A stretch of 64,000 nt of DNA from an uncultured Verrucomicrobiae bacterium (GTDB lineage: Bacteria > Verrucomicrobiota > Verrucomicrobiia > Limisphaerales > Palsa-1400). The stretch's first letter is position 1; each line of letters begins with the position of its first letter. The notes under the pieces were generated by a model. That model did not search any database and was not told where the DNA came from. It was given only the letters and a program-made list of their open reading frames with translations. Location of the stretch: contig CAVXRD010000001.1 of assembly GCA_963764165.1 (NCBI GenBank), positions 960,001 through 1,024,000 on the forward strand. The letters are read 5' to 3'. Below, in pieces: positions 12,001-19,224 of the stretch. A program made the translations under genes and the position numbers.

Positions 12001-13936
12001 GACTTACAACGTGCGCGTCGGTTCGACCCCTGGCGGGTGTGACATCATCTCCCCAGAGTCGCTTCCGTCCGGGCGTCGTCTGTTGCCCGCCCCCGGGAAC
12101 GCACAGGAGCGATTGTTCATGGTGTTGGCGGATCTGCCGCCGGCCCAAACTTACTACTGGAGTGTCCAGGCCGTCGACGGCGCTTTCGCCGGTTCGCCCT
12201 TCGCGACCGAACAGACATTTGTGACACCCATCCCACCCGTGGCGTCGACTTTGTATGCTAGTAATGTAACGGCGACATCGGCGACTCTCAACAGCCTAGT
12301 GTATCCAAAGGACGCTCCGACAACGATATCCTTCGCATGGGGAACTTCGACCAATCTGGAGCACACGAATCTGGTGACAACGTTGCCTGCCGAGTATGGC
12401 GGCTATTATATCAGCAACGCTCTAACCGGCCTTACGCCGGGCACATTGTATTTTTACGCTGTCATAGCCTCCAATGCCAGCGGGACATCTGTGGGAAGCA
12501 TATTCACTTTTTCGACGCCATTCGCCCTGCCGCCAGTGGCCGGGACGTGGTTTCCCAGCAACGTGACGACGTCCTCGGCGATTCTCAATTGTCTGGTTTA
12601 CCCGAAAGATGCCGCGACGACCGTCCGCTTTGCCTGGGGCCCCACTCCAAGCCTCCAATACACGAATCTGGCCGCCACATTGCCAGCGGAACTTGGCGGC
12701 TATTTCGTCAGCAACTCGCTGGCCGGCCTGCTGCCCGGAACGATGTATTATTATTCCGTTGTGGCATCCAACGCCAATGGGATTGCGGTTGGAGACATAT
12801 TTAACTTTACGACGGCCGTTGCACCAGTGGCGTCGACTTTGTATGCCAGCAATGTGACGGCGACGTCCGCCACCCTCAACAGTCTCGTCTATCCGAAGAA
12901 TGCCCCAACGGCCGTCAGTTTTGCCTGGGGCACAACGACCAACCTGGAGCACACGAATCTGGTGACAACGTTGCCTGCCGAGTATGGCGGCTATTACATC
13001 AGCAACGCTCTTAGCGGACTGACTCCGGGGACATTGTATTTTTACACTGTCATAGCTTCCAATACCAACGGGACAGCCGTTGGGAGCATATTCACTTTTT
13101 CGACGCCATTCGCCCTGGCGCCAGTGGCCGGAACGTGGTTTCCCAGCAACGTGACGACGTCCTCGGCGATTCTCAATTGCCTGGTTTACCCGAAAGATGC
13201 CGTGACGACCGTTAGCTTTGCCTGGGGGCCAACTCCAAGCCTGGAATACACGAATCTGGCCACCACATTGCCAGCGGAACTTGGTGGTTATTTCGTCAGC
13301 AACTCGCTGGCCGGCCTGCTGCCTGGAACGATGTATTATTATTCCGTTGTGGCATCCAACGCCAATGGGATTGCGGTTGGAGACATGTTTGAATTTACGA
13401 CGGCTATTGCGCCAGTGGCGTCGACGTTATTTCCGAGCAATGTGACGGCGACGTCCGCCACCCTCGACAGTCTTGTCTATCCGAAAGATGCCCCAACGGC
13501 CGTCAGCTTTGCCTGGGGCACGACGACCAACTTGGGGCACACGAACCTGGTGACAACATTGCCAGCCGAGTATGGCGGCTATTACATCAGCAACGCTCTT
13601 AGCGGACTGACCCCGGGCACACTTTACTTTTATTCGGTGCTCGCATCCAACACGAATGGAACTGCGACTGGGAATATCATGGGCTTCACGACGATCGGTG
13701 GTTCCGTAACGTCCAGCCGCGGCAAGATTACTGAGGGGCAATTTTTCAATGGGGTCTTCTCAATTCAGTTCGTCGGAACGGTGGGTCACACCTACGTCAT
13801 CCAGGCCAGCACCAACCTGTCAGACTGGGCTCCAATTGGCACAAACACTCTGCTAGCAAATCCAATCTATTTCAGCGATCCCAATACCACGAACTCTGGG
13901 CTCCGCTTCTATCGCGTAGTGCCATATCTAAAATAG
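2..13936 (+). CDS. Giant multidomain surface/adhesin-like protein, 5'-truncated (>4640 aa). Contains autotransporter-type beta-strand modules, Ig/MBG-like repeats, two NHL beta-propellers, a Gly-rich region, FN3-like repeats, a LamG domain, FG-GAP/VCBS repeats and a C-terminal STNL-W-RFYR domain
   Basis: The frame is open from base 2 (GGIAGYAPNS...), so the true start lies upstream of the window. Motifs: LIKDGLGSVTLSGNNS and LTKTGAGTLQLTASSDYPGTT (autotransporter strand repeat), P.GVAVD..GNVYV (NHL), TIEAWI...WHHVAVTYDG (LamG, ~9800-10400), ADFDNDG.DIL (FG-GAP, ~10860-11880). Confidence 0.9.
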   Translation, partial: GGIAGYAPNSAGAGQADGSAFFLLGGTNEITVDQGSNCIVAGSIGGWSGSPGVLIKDGLGSVTLSGNNSFHGTLNINAGTAQLLGYNTNLVVSVAAGSALAGNGTVNNLTMAAQSTLAVGAAIGKFTAGNATWTGAGNYNWKLHDANGTAGIGYDELNFSGTLDVSEASGFNINLETVASAITNSAGTAVNFNNLTPNSWTLVDAAGGIIGFNAANFNTQTNASDGSGSFVNNIGSGQFNLSLSADNTRLQLNFKAGQIITLGTQTAHYYGQSAFSPGATSSSGLAVQYTVVSGPASVANNLVTITGVGVVTVQASQAGNANYTPAQPVPIIFNAAQGTPIVSWASPSSVVYGSALSGTQLNASANVPGSMVYTPPLGTILNAGTNTLNVAFTPADTVDYASVSTNVSLVVSPATQTINFSLTNTGYGAPPITLAATASSGLPVAYSIVSGPATVFESTLTIDGAGAVAVKASQIGSANFNPASSTSSFTVARAPLTVNISSTTNVYGTTNIIYSGTLTGVTNNDNISMTLIGTNSPAPSSVPDAFSGYLVGYTGYNVYPLQLACDAAGNVYAEYEVVQGAGSFSFQISEFNPQGGYIQTIASVDEQEYSGLAVDAGNVVYVAQNWPSSAIHKYSANGTSLGSWANNLQFPLGVAADHFGHVYVADNNALQFDTTGNFLGTVGSTGNGPGQYGQVRNIAVDANGNVYVLAPNEVLVYDINRNWLRTFGSGIFTLPDCVVVDIYGNVYVSDSEANTVYKFSPEGNLLTSIGGVGSGNGELDGPSGLAIGTNDALYVADEFNARIDTFTPALTNVYAGTPPGVYPIIPLFTDPNNRLPNYLVTTNAGTLTVTQAVQTITFAAISTHTFGDAPITLQATSDYTNGLNFVFTVISGPATISGDTLTLSGAGSVTVQVELGSDGDYAAPAPVQQTFVVNKATPVLTWGNPGPITYGTALGGTQLNATANTSGNIVYSPSGGTVLGAGNYLLNAAFTPVDTNDYNSISVSVPLTVSQATQGIVFNSLANQIYGVAPITLSASASSGLPVTFSLVSGPASLSGSILTITGAGTVTVQASQGGDSDYAAAASVSQSFNVSPQTPVITWAPLANIGYLTGLSAIQLGATANVPGVMAYNQTPGTVLNAGTYQIVATFTPTDATNYTTTSETNTLVVNRLTPVLTWGLLAGITYPTALGASQLDASANVPGSFIYNKTNGTILGVGTYALIASFTPADTTNYTLASATNTLIVSQGTPVITWNALTDISYPAAVGAAQLNATANVSGVINYSLNSGTVLNAGTYSLIATLAPADSADYAAVTATNSLTVQKGAQSITFASLQDVNYGPSPLTVSASASSGLLVSFAVTAGPASVTGNSLSLQGAGTVTVEASQAGNTNYNAASSVSRSFNVSTANPFIEWTNPAAMVYGAPLNTNQLNASTSVAGSFAYLPTNGTVLNDGTNVLSSVFAPANSAQYNAVTTTVEIVVLPATSGLAWATPSPINYGTALDSNQLNATASVAGTFIYTPGAGAILDAGLSGLSVTFTPDNTNYLSASATVDLMVNEDSQPIQFSKIGDQVYGAGPITMSASAPSGLPITFAVISGPATNAGALLYLTNVGQVTVSASQAGDLDYAAGATNQSFSVKPATLTVVASNATRVYGQPNPAFTGSLTGIVPGDNITASFEAVVPAEPTVAPVHAFNFGNGNLQTPEFLAISPNGRIYVSDQEVNDNTKVKIFSSAGQFVSQFALNMPDGGYDPIAQGVACDAQGCIYVAGEYYTGNGFANPVIQKFDSNGLYLAQFPALSTYPNAGLALAGTNLFYTSSSSGISAIFEYDLNGNFIQQFGSTGFGPGQFYIPADVAVDSVGNVYGVDTYDNRVEEFNSSAAYVNQWSVGYGNYSGYPLQYGIAAGPDGYIYVAQGESNTVYKFDANGSPLASFGAFNMPEGIRMDSSSNLYVIDAGNAQIQVFTPAPPTLVDELSPAGTYAIVPILSDPNNRLSNYTTNVTDGVLTIMPASQTLAFAPVPNQTYGVPPVTLQATSATPNSGQPIVYSVVSGPATINGDVLTLTGPGEVTIEADQAGNNNYKTAASVTQSFTSYSPVLDHFVISPLAAQLTGAPASFSVTALNASNQVITVFQGMVNFASTDPLATLPAPYTYTIADQGAHMFNVTFGTAGTEVLTVQSGNVTNSINVPVITLTTVTNANDSGSGSFRQAIINANAGLGVVDATQIAGTIALQSALPLITNAITINGPGDGGLVLSGGGQNRVFFVDAGTNAVNINNLTISNAFARGGDGGVGSGGGGAGLGGGMFVNSGNVVISNVVFVSNSVAGGSGGAFGPLYQAGGGGGLGGNGGNGDDESGGGGGGGFGGNGGDSYTTYGAGGGGGGLIGNGGEAVNGGGGGGGGLTDGENGGAPDYGLAGVDGGNAGQFQQPGQNGFLYGGGGGAGAGEGVGESGGAGGAYGGGGGGYWTAPGGEGGDFGGGGGNGGAGGFGGGGGGGAIIGPGTGGFGGGGGGIVTYYGAGSVAFGGAAGTGADTSYDASDWKGPGGGGGAALGANLFVRGNNGASVTIANCQTHAGSLLAGPGGEGGDNNDGQPGSTDGTTLFALGNGTVIQVDDGTNRIDGSIGGWAGSPAVLTKTGAGTLQLTASSDYPGTTYVAQGTLEVDGSIANSQVLVTNAATFTGAGTAGALTTYSGATLAAGPGMATLTVGDTSWQGAGTFRWKIHDALGESGSSYDLLNVNGTLDVSQASGFIIDVASFSDAAATESGSASNFNNQVNQSWILAQTTGGITGFNPSNFVLASADFSNPLGGGSFSLDVAGTNLVLTFTPMPKAPEIVATTGIVNGDGSITLSAAAIPDGAATAVYFEYGRSTAYGMTTSTNAIGDGWLEITNAELISNLPPATPWHFRAVAANRLGTNFGADQQFVSAPVLASVDTRPATGLTGQSAILNAVVNPNNSDTEVYFIWVNGSGVENLTAAMDIGAGTNPVPVSATLTGLPYASTNSFKIVAINDAGTNMGDDVTFVTGAGAPSVVTLPNFKSPRQFAGTVNPNGADTAAWFEFGATTAYGSYTEPSDLGAGTGNSSFYDYPNNLTPNATYHVQLVASNSFGLVLGGDVLYTIPPSAPNAQTLLASNITSSSAVLEGAANPSNSSSVAWFQFGATTNYGNASPSVNIGAGSASTPMSFTLSGLTPGWPVHYQLVASNGAGVSFGNDVNIVPPSDAPVVVTLPAENIQAMGATLEGTITPNGVPLSTHYEIGTSTAYGMSSATNQIPGFLGALTFDGTDQYASVAQPSVPTGNSSYTIEAWIQPNVMDYQGIIAWGDYGSYNGVNELTLTPDGIDNDWGGNDFSVNTPSLTGAWHHVAVTYDGSSLEMYLDGALVQSEIPSGALAVDNTNLALGFANGDFFNGSLAEVSVWNAALDQTTISNWMLSSISLSHPFFTNLAAYWPMNEVSGGIVNDDSGNGNAATLQTTPQWTNFTESLPMPVTGLLGGTTYHFQLVAGTNLGGDASFTTITPALPIAITFPATISDSGKSGQDETLYGLAVSGGADTLVYFQYGPNTNYGSATAAQDAGSSLSTTNSISATLPYTAGQHYRLVASNAVGVAYGNDLTVDLPPSQSSQANLPASANWFAWADTDGDGHLDIVYDEGFLGALHNNGNGSFSSPITYGSSLTFGSAAVADFNNDNLLDVFFTGSFRLSKFGSTLMEQIWQNRGSSGLSPLNNTGLPYNDGQALAADFDNDGKEDILLLAASGGSSIQLWHNNGNGTFSYINSGLPSLSYAAAAVGDFDKDGSLDVVLSGLDVDGNPVCEIWHNLGNGTFTNIHATLPALYRGGLAVADFDNDGYPDVLITGLEANNNATGGIWRNLGNGSFTNYAAIPGMFGGQVAVGDFNNDGLLDILISGDDSGFNPQLQLLLNLGQGNFTPFPTGLPLLNSPILAFGDYNNNGLLDVLIAGYQGGNSVVQLWNNNCSVSNTPPTEPSNLSIAFGGGEAVLSWSAASDAQTPAAALTYNVRVGSTPGGCDIISPESLPSGRRLLPAPGNAQERLFMVLADLPPAQTYYWSVQAVDGAFAGSPFATEQTFVTPIPPVASTLYASNVTATSATLNSLVYPKDAPTTISFAWGTSTNLEHTNLVTTLPAEYGGYYISNALTGLTPGTLYFYAVIASNASGTSVGSIFTFSTPFALPPVAGTWFPSNVTTSSAILNCLVYPKDAATTVRFAWGPTPSLQYTNLAATLPAELGGYFVSNSLAGLLPGTMYYYSVVASNANGIAVGDIFNFTTAVAPVASTLYASNVTATSATLNSLVYPKNAPTAVSFAWGTTTNLEHTNLVTTLPAEYGGYYISNALSGLTPGTLYFYTVIASNTNGTAVGSIFTFSTPFALAPVAGTWFPSNVTTSSAILNCLVYPKDAVTTVSFAWGPTPSLEYTNLATTLPAELGGYFVSNSLAGLLPGTMYYYSVVASNANGIAVGDMFEFTTAIAPVASTLFPSNVTATSATLDSLVYPKDAPTAVSFAWGTTTNLGHTNLVTTLPAEYGGYYISNALSGLTPGTLYFYSVLASNTNGTATGNIMGFTTIGGSVTSSRGKITEGQFFNGVFSIQFVGTVGHTYVIQASTNLSDWAPIGTNTLLANPIYFSDPNTTNSGLRFYRVVPYLK
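12236..13700 (+). repeat. Intragenic A-B-A-B-A tandem repeat of ~98-aa FN3-like units (AB period 588 bp)
   Basis: PVASTL(Y/F) units start at ~12236, 12824 and 13412. PVAGTWFPSNV units start at ~12533 and 13121. Like units are nearly identical at the DNA level. Confidence 0.9.
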
Positions 13937-14202
13937 TCTGACGCCACCATGGATCGCCGAGCTTAATGCCGACGGCTCACGATCAGCCCTGAGGAGCTTC
14001 GCCGCGAGCGGGGACGGGCAGCCTTTTGTGAATTCACCGGATCCGCATGCGCACAATCCATCCCCATTGGTCGAGAAACACGTTGATTTTTCGAGGTGCC
14101 AAGGTGCCAGCGAGAGTTTCTGATTCGATCAACTCGTGCTTGCGGTTTTTTGAAGAATGTTACGCAAGTGGCTTATTTGAAGCACCTTCCACCGAAGAAG
14201 GA

Positions 14203-14279
14203 TGGTCGGGGCGGTGAGATTTGAACTCACGACCTTCTGAACCCCATTCAGACGCGCTACCAAGCTACGCTACGCCCCG
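14203..14279 (-). tRNA. tRNA-Pro (GGG)
   Basis: The reverse complement reads CGGGGCGTAGCGTAGCTTGGTAGCGCGTCTGAATGGGGTTCAGAAGGTCGTGAGTTCAAATCTCACCGCCCCGACCA. Anticodon stem TCTGA/TCAGA, loop ATGGGGT, T-loop GTTCAAAT, encoded CCA. Confidence 0.97.
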
Positions 14280-14294
14280 ACTCGGCGGACAACC

Positions 14295-14323
14295 ATTCTC
14301 GCAAACCCCCGCCCGCCTTTCAA
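14295..14323 (-). promoter_or_regulatory. Putative sigma70 promoter of tRNA-Pro
   Basis: TTGAAA-N17-GAGAAT on the minus strand, 15 nt upstream of the tRNA. Confidence 0.5.
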
Positions 14324-14356
14324 TATCTTTTATTCGATGGCATCCTCTTCTGTCAA

Positions 14357-16906
14357 CTACAGCCTTGGATCGACCGGCTCGCTTTCGAGGGCCAGCACGC
14401 CGAAGACGCATTCATGCACGCGGCGCAACGGCTCTTTGCGGACGAATCGTTCCAATGATTCCATCCCGAGCGCGAATTCACGGGCGGCCAGCGAACGCTT
14501 GGCGCTCAGCCCACGCGAGCGAAGGCGCTCCAGGTTTTCAGAGGCCGTATACTCGGGGCCGTAGATGATGCGCAGGTATTCGCGGCCTCGGCACTTTACG
14601 GCGGGCTGAATGAGTCCGCGCTGGTTTCTGGCGATAAAATCAAGCGGCTTCACGACCATCCCCTCGCCTCCTTTACCCGTCAATTCCTCCCACCAGCGGA
14701 TGCCTTCGGCTTCGCTTTCGGGATTGGTGACGTCAATCATACGATACGGAGTGGCCGCGAGAATTCCGCCGGCGAGGCGCCCGAGGGTTTGCATGTGCCA
14801 GTCGTGCGGCTTGTCCGTGTGAACTTTGCCTTCCGTTGCCAAAAGATGAAACGGCGCAAGTTTCAAATCGCTTACGGAATTCACCGGCCAGCAATAACGG
14901 CGATATGCCTCGACGTAATCGGCGATCATTTGTTTTCGGGCCAACGTCTTCGCGAGCAATTCCTTCACGTCGAGTCCGCGCGCCAATGCCTGACTCGCGG
15001 CTGACACCTCAGCCTCAAGAGCGGATGACGCCGCTGCGCCAACGGAAGCGTATTGTTGCTTCACCAATTCCTGCGCCTTCGCCGACCACGGCATCAATTC
15101 GCAATCAAGGCAAAGCCAATCGGTTTGAAATTCCTTCCAATAACCCGCCGATGCAACTGCGCCGCGAACCTTCTCAAGAAACTCGCGTTCAAGTTTGGAA
15201 TCATCGAAGAACTGTCGTCCTGTGCGCGTGTGGCAAATGCCAATTTCGCCCTCGGCGTTGCCGAACCGCTTGCGCGCCGAATCTTCATCCCGACACACGA
15301 TCACCACCGCGCGCGAACCCATGTGCTTCTCCTCGCAAATCACGCGCGGCACTCCGGCGTGCCGGTAATAGGCGAACGCTTCGGCCGGATGCTCCAGCAA
15401 ACCCGCCACCTGCGTCGTCTCGCTCGGTGACATTGTCGGCGGCAGGTAAATGAGCCACTTGGGATTCGCGGCGAAACGGCTCATCACTTCGAGCGCGGCG
15501 GTCGCGTTTTCCTCGCGGATCGTGACGTTGCCGTGGAGTCTGGTATTGACGAGGCGCTTTCCGAAAACGTCGGCCAAGTCGAGCAAATCGTCCTGCTGCT
15601 GTTGCGCGGTCAGCGCGGGCGCTTGCGCTTCGGCAGGCAGGAAAGGCTTTTTCGATTCGGCGTAAGTTTTACGCGCGGGAACGGAAACCAATACCTTCTC
15701 TGGATATCGCAGCGCCGTCAGCTTTCCGCCGAAGACGCAGCCAGTATCGATGTTAATCGTGCCGTTCAACCATTCGGGGTCCGGCACCGGCGTGTGCCCA
15801 TAAACCACCATGGCGGTCCCGCGATATTCCGCCGCCCAATTGTATCGCACCGGCAACCCAAATTCGTCCGTCTCGCCTGTCGTCTCACCATATAGTGCGA
15901 AGTCGCGCACCACGCCGGAACCGCGCCCTTGCATCGATTGCTTCATGCCTGCGTGGGCCACGACTAGCTTGCCGCCGTCCAAAATGTAATGGCTCACGAG
16001 ATCGTCAAAAAAATCGGCGGCGTCGCGGGTGAATCCTTTGTGATCCTTTTCGCAGGTTTCAAATTGCGCGAGTGATTCGGCGAGGCCGTGCGTAATCTGG
16101 ACGTCTTTTCCACGAATCTTGCGCATGAATTTTATGTCGTGATTCCCAGGCACGCAAAGCGCGGTGCCCGCCTTCACCGATTCCATGGCGAGGCGCACAA
16201 GCGATGGGCTGTTCGGCCCGCGATCCACCAAATCGCCGACGAACACGATTTTCCGATTCTCCGCGTGCCGCCATGCTCCGCCCGGCTGCTCGCAATAGCC
16301 CAATTTTCCGAGCAACTCCGTCAATTCATCAAAGCAGCCGTGAACGTCGCCGATAATATCGAACGGCCCGCGCTCTTGTTTGAGATTATTCCAAAGCGGC
16401 TCGCGCACGACGACGGCGGCATCAACCTCCTCCACCGATTTCAAAACAAAGACGTGGCGAAAGCCCTCCCGTTGAAGACCGCGCAAGGAACGATGAAGAT
16501 TCTGCGACTGCTGCCGCACCACATGCGGCCCAAAATTCCGGTCGGCGCGCGATTTGTTCCGGTCGTGGGCGAGGCGTTCGGGAACGTCAATGACTATGGC
16601 CACTGGCAGGCAATGAAATTCCCGCGCCAGCTCCACCAGCTGCTTCCGCGATTCGGCCTGCACATTAGTGGCATCGACGACTGTCAAATAACCGGCGGCC
16701 AATCGCTTCCTCGCGACAAAATGCAACACTTCGAACGCATCCTTCGTTGCCGCCTGATTGTTTTCATCATCCGACACCAGCCCCCGGCAATAGTCAGACG
16801 ACAAGATCTCAGTCGATTTGAAATGCTTCCGCGCAAACGTGCTCTTCCCCGACCCGGACACGCCGATCAGGACAACGAGAGAAAGTTCTGGGATGGTGAG
16901 TTGCAT
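14357..16906 (-). CDS. pnkp: Bacterial polynucleotide kinase-phosphatase-ligase Pnkp (RNA repair), 849 aa
   Basis: Kinase P-loop GVSGSGKST. Metallophosphoesterase motifs GDVHG, GDLVDRG, GNHD, YGHTP. Ligase motifs EEKHMGSR, EGMVVK, KCRGREYLR. C-terminus ESEPVDPRL. Start MQLTIPE at 16906 overlaps the upstream stop (TGATG). Confidence 0.95.
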   Translation of the reverse strand: MQLTIPELSLVVLIGVSGSGKSTFARKHFKSTEILSSDYCRGLVSDDENNQAATKDAFEVLHFVARKRLAAGYLTVVDATNVQAESRKQLVELAREFHCLPVAIVIDVPERLAHDRNKSRADRNFGPHVVRQQSQNLHRSLRGLQREGFRHVFVLKSVEEVDAAVVVREPLWNNLKQERGPFDIIGDVHGCFDELTELLGKLGYCEQPGGAWRHAENRKIVFVGDLVDRGPNSPSLVRLAMESVKAGTALCVPGNHDIKFMRKIRGKDVQITHGLAESLAQFETCEKDHKGFTRDAADFFDDLVSHYILDGGKLVVAHAGMKQSMQGRGSGVVRDFALYGETTGETDEFGLPVRYNWAAEYRGTAMVVYGHTPVPDPEWLNGTINIDTGCVFGGKLTALRYPEKVLVSVPARKTYAESKKPFLPAEAQAPALTAQQQQDDLLDLADVFGKRLVNTRLHGNVTIREENATAALEVMSRFAANPKWLIYLPPTMSPSETTQVAGLLEHPAEAFAYYRHAGVPRVICEEKHMGSRAVVIVCRDEDSARKRFGNAEGEIGICHTRTGRQFFDDSKLEREFLEKVRGAVASAGYWKEFQTDWLCLDCELMPWSAKAQELVKQQYASVGAAASSALEAEVSAASQALARGLDVKELLAKTLARKQMIADYVEAYRRYCWPVNSVSDLKLAPFHLLATEGKVHTDKPHDWHMQTLGRLAGGILAATPYRMIDVTNPESEAEGIRWWEELTGKGGEGMVVKPLDFIARNQRGLIQPAVKCRGREYLRIIYGPEYTASENLERLRSRGLSAKRSLAAREFALGMESLERFVRKEPLRRVHECVFGVLALESEPVDPRL

Positions 16907-17802
16907 CACTGCAAAGAGGCACAACGTTCGAGCGCTAATCGAATTTTTTTGGGATCGCCAATTTTGAGCAACCGCGCTTGCAGCAACACGGGCTTCCATC
17001 TCACGTCAGAGGTGCGCATGACAGTGTTGATGACTTCAGCCACGGCGTCCTCCATAAAAGTCCAATCTCGAGTGCCGATGCTCACATTGAACGTTTCGCT
17101 TCCGACCTCGTTTTGAGAGATTCGGTCAAGCAATTCCAGCATCGGGCGAACGGAACGCGCGTCGCCCCTCCGAGAAAGCCCCACGATGGCTTCGCCTTTG
17201 ATCTCGCCATCGGTTTCCGTTAGCCGCGCGGCAAGAGCTTCTCGAATGGCGGGAGTATCCGCGTCGATCAGCGAACCGAGATTGAATGTCGCCCAATTGC
17301 GAACGTCGAAATCAGGATCGGCGGAGAGTTTAATCAACGCCATGATGGCTTCCTCGTTTTCAAATCCGCCGAGAGCAACTGTGGCCGCGTAACGCACGTC
17401 CGCATTGGCATGTTCTTGAAATCTCAAAATCGCGGGAATGCACCTTTTCTCGTGAAAATGCCCGACTGCGTGCAGCGCTGAAACGAGCGGTTCAATCGCA
17501 GTTTCATCCGCTAACGATGCAAGAAGCAAATCGACGCAGCGCGGCCCATTCCACTTCACAGGCATTCGGCTCTGTCCGAGAATCGTCGCGGCCGAGTCCC
17601 TGGCCATATCGCTTTTACTCTTAAGAAGTTCGACCACGTCATCGATAATGGCAGGCAAACGATATTGCAGCAGACGCATAGGATCCCAAAATGCTTCGTC
17701 GTCGGCATCCATGTCCTTCCTCAACACGAGGTCGATAAGCTCGCCATTTGACCGAGGGTCATTGCGATATTTCTCTTCCAACTCGGGCGACAGAGTCATC
17801 AT
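16906..17802 (-). CDS. HEAT-repeat (PBS lyase-like) protein, 298 aa
   Basis: Repeats DVRYAATVALG, DVRNWATFNLG, EIKGEAIVGLS, MARDSAATILG. ATGA overlap with the hen1 stop and TGATG overlap with the pnkp start. Confidence 0.85.
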   Translation of the reverse strand: MMTLSPELEEKYRNDPRSNGELIDLVLRKDMDADDEAFWDPMRLLQYRLPAIIDDVVELLKSKSDMARDSAATILGQSRMPVKWNGPRCVDLLLASLADETAIEPLVSALHAVGHFHEKRCIPAILRFQEHANADVRYAATVALGGFENEEAIMALIKLSADPDFDVRNWATFNLGSLIDADTPAIREALAARLTETDGEIKGEAIVGLSRRGDARSVRPMLELLDRISQNEVGSETFNVSIGTRDWTFMEDAVAEVINTVMRTSDVRWKPVLLQARLLKIGDPKKIRLALERCASLQ

Positions 17803-19205
17803 TGTCTTCCCTCGATGACAGCCATCTGAGTTGGCGAACCCACCGCTTGATCTTCGGGGCCGATGGAAACGAAACGCGCGCTGTAACCGAACCGCACGGC
17901 GACGCCATTCGCCCACTTCTGAAACTCAGCGCGAGTCCACTCGAAGCGGTGGTCGCGGTGGCGGAATTTTCCGGCGGGGAGTGTTTCCCATTTCACGTTG
18001 TATTCGCTGTTGGGCGTCGTGATGACGACGGTTGCCGGGCGAGCGCACTCGAAAAGCACTCGCTCGAAGGCGGCGAGGCGCGGGGGATCGAGATGCTCGA
18101 TTACCTCGACCACGGCGGCGGCGTCAAACCCGGACAGGCGCTCGTCGCGGTAAATCAGCGAGCCGTGGATGAGGCGGAGGCGCTTCTTTTGCAGTTCGGG
18201 CATCCGATCGTAATGCAAACGCTCGCTGGCAATTTCCAAAGCGCGATGCGAAACATCCATTCCGACAATTTCGGTGAATTGCCGCTCTTTCAGCAATGCT
18301 TGCAACAGCTTGCCCTCGCCGCAGCCAAGATCCAGCACACGGGTAGCGCCGCTCGATTTCAGCACGGCAAGCACAGAGCCTAATCGCTGCTCGTTGAGGC
18401 TGATGGTGCGCTCCACGACTTCCTCTTCTTGACTGTGCGCCTCCGCGGCGGCATCCGGATCCACTTCCGTGTCGGCCACCAATCGCACGAGGGCATCGTC
18501 CACCAGGCTGCGCTTGTGCTTCAAATAGCGGCGCGTGATGGCATCGCGCTCGGGATGGGTTGTGAGCCAGCCTTCGCCATGGCGCAGGAGCTTTTCCACT
18601 TCATCGTCGCCCACCCAATAGTGCTTGTCGTTGTCAAGAACAGGGGTCAGCACATACAAATGCGTCAACAATTGCCGAAGCGGAATGCTGTTCGCGAGTT
18701 CGACCTGGTGATATGCGCTCTCACCCCACTCGGGAAAACGCTCGTCCAGCGGCAAACGGCGGGCGGCGATGGTGTAGCCGAGCGGCTCAAATAATTTGCG
18801 CAAAAATTCCCCGCCCCCGCGGCATGGCAGCGCTGAGAGTGAAATGCTCAAAGGCAACGCCGCCCCGATCAGGTCAGGCCGCTCTTTGCTGCTGCCGGAA
18901 AGCGCGCTTCCGAAAACCTCCGCAATCGCAACGCTCAGAAACGACGACGCGGCGTACGGGCGATCATTGACATATTGCTCCAGCAAACCGCCTTCGCCCG
19001 CCGGCCCGCGCCGATTCCGCACCAATCCGACTGGATCCACCTCGACCTGCAGCGCCACCGTGCAGCGTTTCTCGTTCGCCTCGGGATAAAAGACATTCGC
19101 AACGCCAAAGGTCAGAGGAAACGATTGGACACGCGCGGGATTCTTGCGCAGCAGGAATCCGATGTCTGTCGCCGGCCGATGCGTTGTGGAAATTGTCAAT
19201 AACAT
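17799..19205 (-). CDS. hen1: 3'-terminal RNA ribose 2'-O-methyltransferase Hen1
   Basis: N-terminus MLLTISTTHRPATDIGFLLRKNP, YVNDRPY, KHYWVGDDEVEKLL. Methyltransferase motifs VLDLGCGEG, EVIEHL, TPNSEYN, FRHRDHRFEWTR. Confidence 0.95.
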   Translation of the reverse strand: MLLTISTTHRPATDIGFLLRKNPARVQSFPLTFGVANVFYPEANEKRCTVALQVEVDPVGLVRNRRGPAGEGGLLEQYVNDRPYAASSFLSVAIAEVFGSALSGSSKERPDLIGAALPLSISLSALPCRGGGEFLRKLFEPLGYTIAARRLPLDERFPEWGESAYHQVELANSIPLRQLLTHLYVLTPVLDNDKHYWVGDDEVEKLLRHGEGWLTTHPERDAITRRYLKHKRSLVDDALVRLVADTEVDPDAAAEAHSQEEEVVERTISLNEQRLGSVLAVLKSSGATRVLDLGCGEGKLLQALLKERQFTEIVGMDVSHRALEIASERLHYDRMPELQKKRLRLIHGSLIYRDERLSGFDAAAVVEVIEHLDPPRLAAFERVLFECARPATVVITTPNSEYNVKWETLPAGKFRHRDHRFEWTRAEFQKWANGVAVRFGYSARFVSIGPEDQAVGSPTQMAVIEGRQ

Positions 19206-19224
19206 GGTGTGCCCGCAATTTCCC

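Noticed and set aside
12236..13700. Possible DGR template/variable repeat pair
   Set aside because: All copies are in-frame coding units, the differences are not evidently adenine-specific, and there is no reverse transcriptase in the window.
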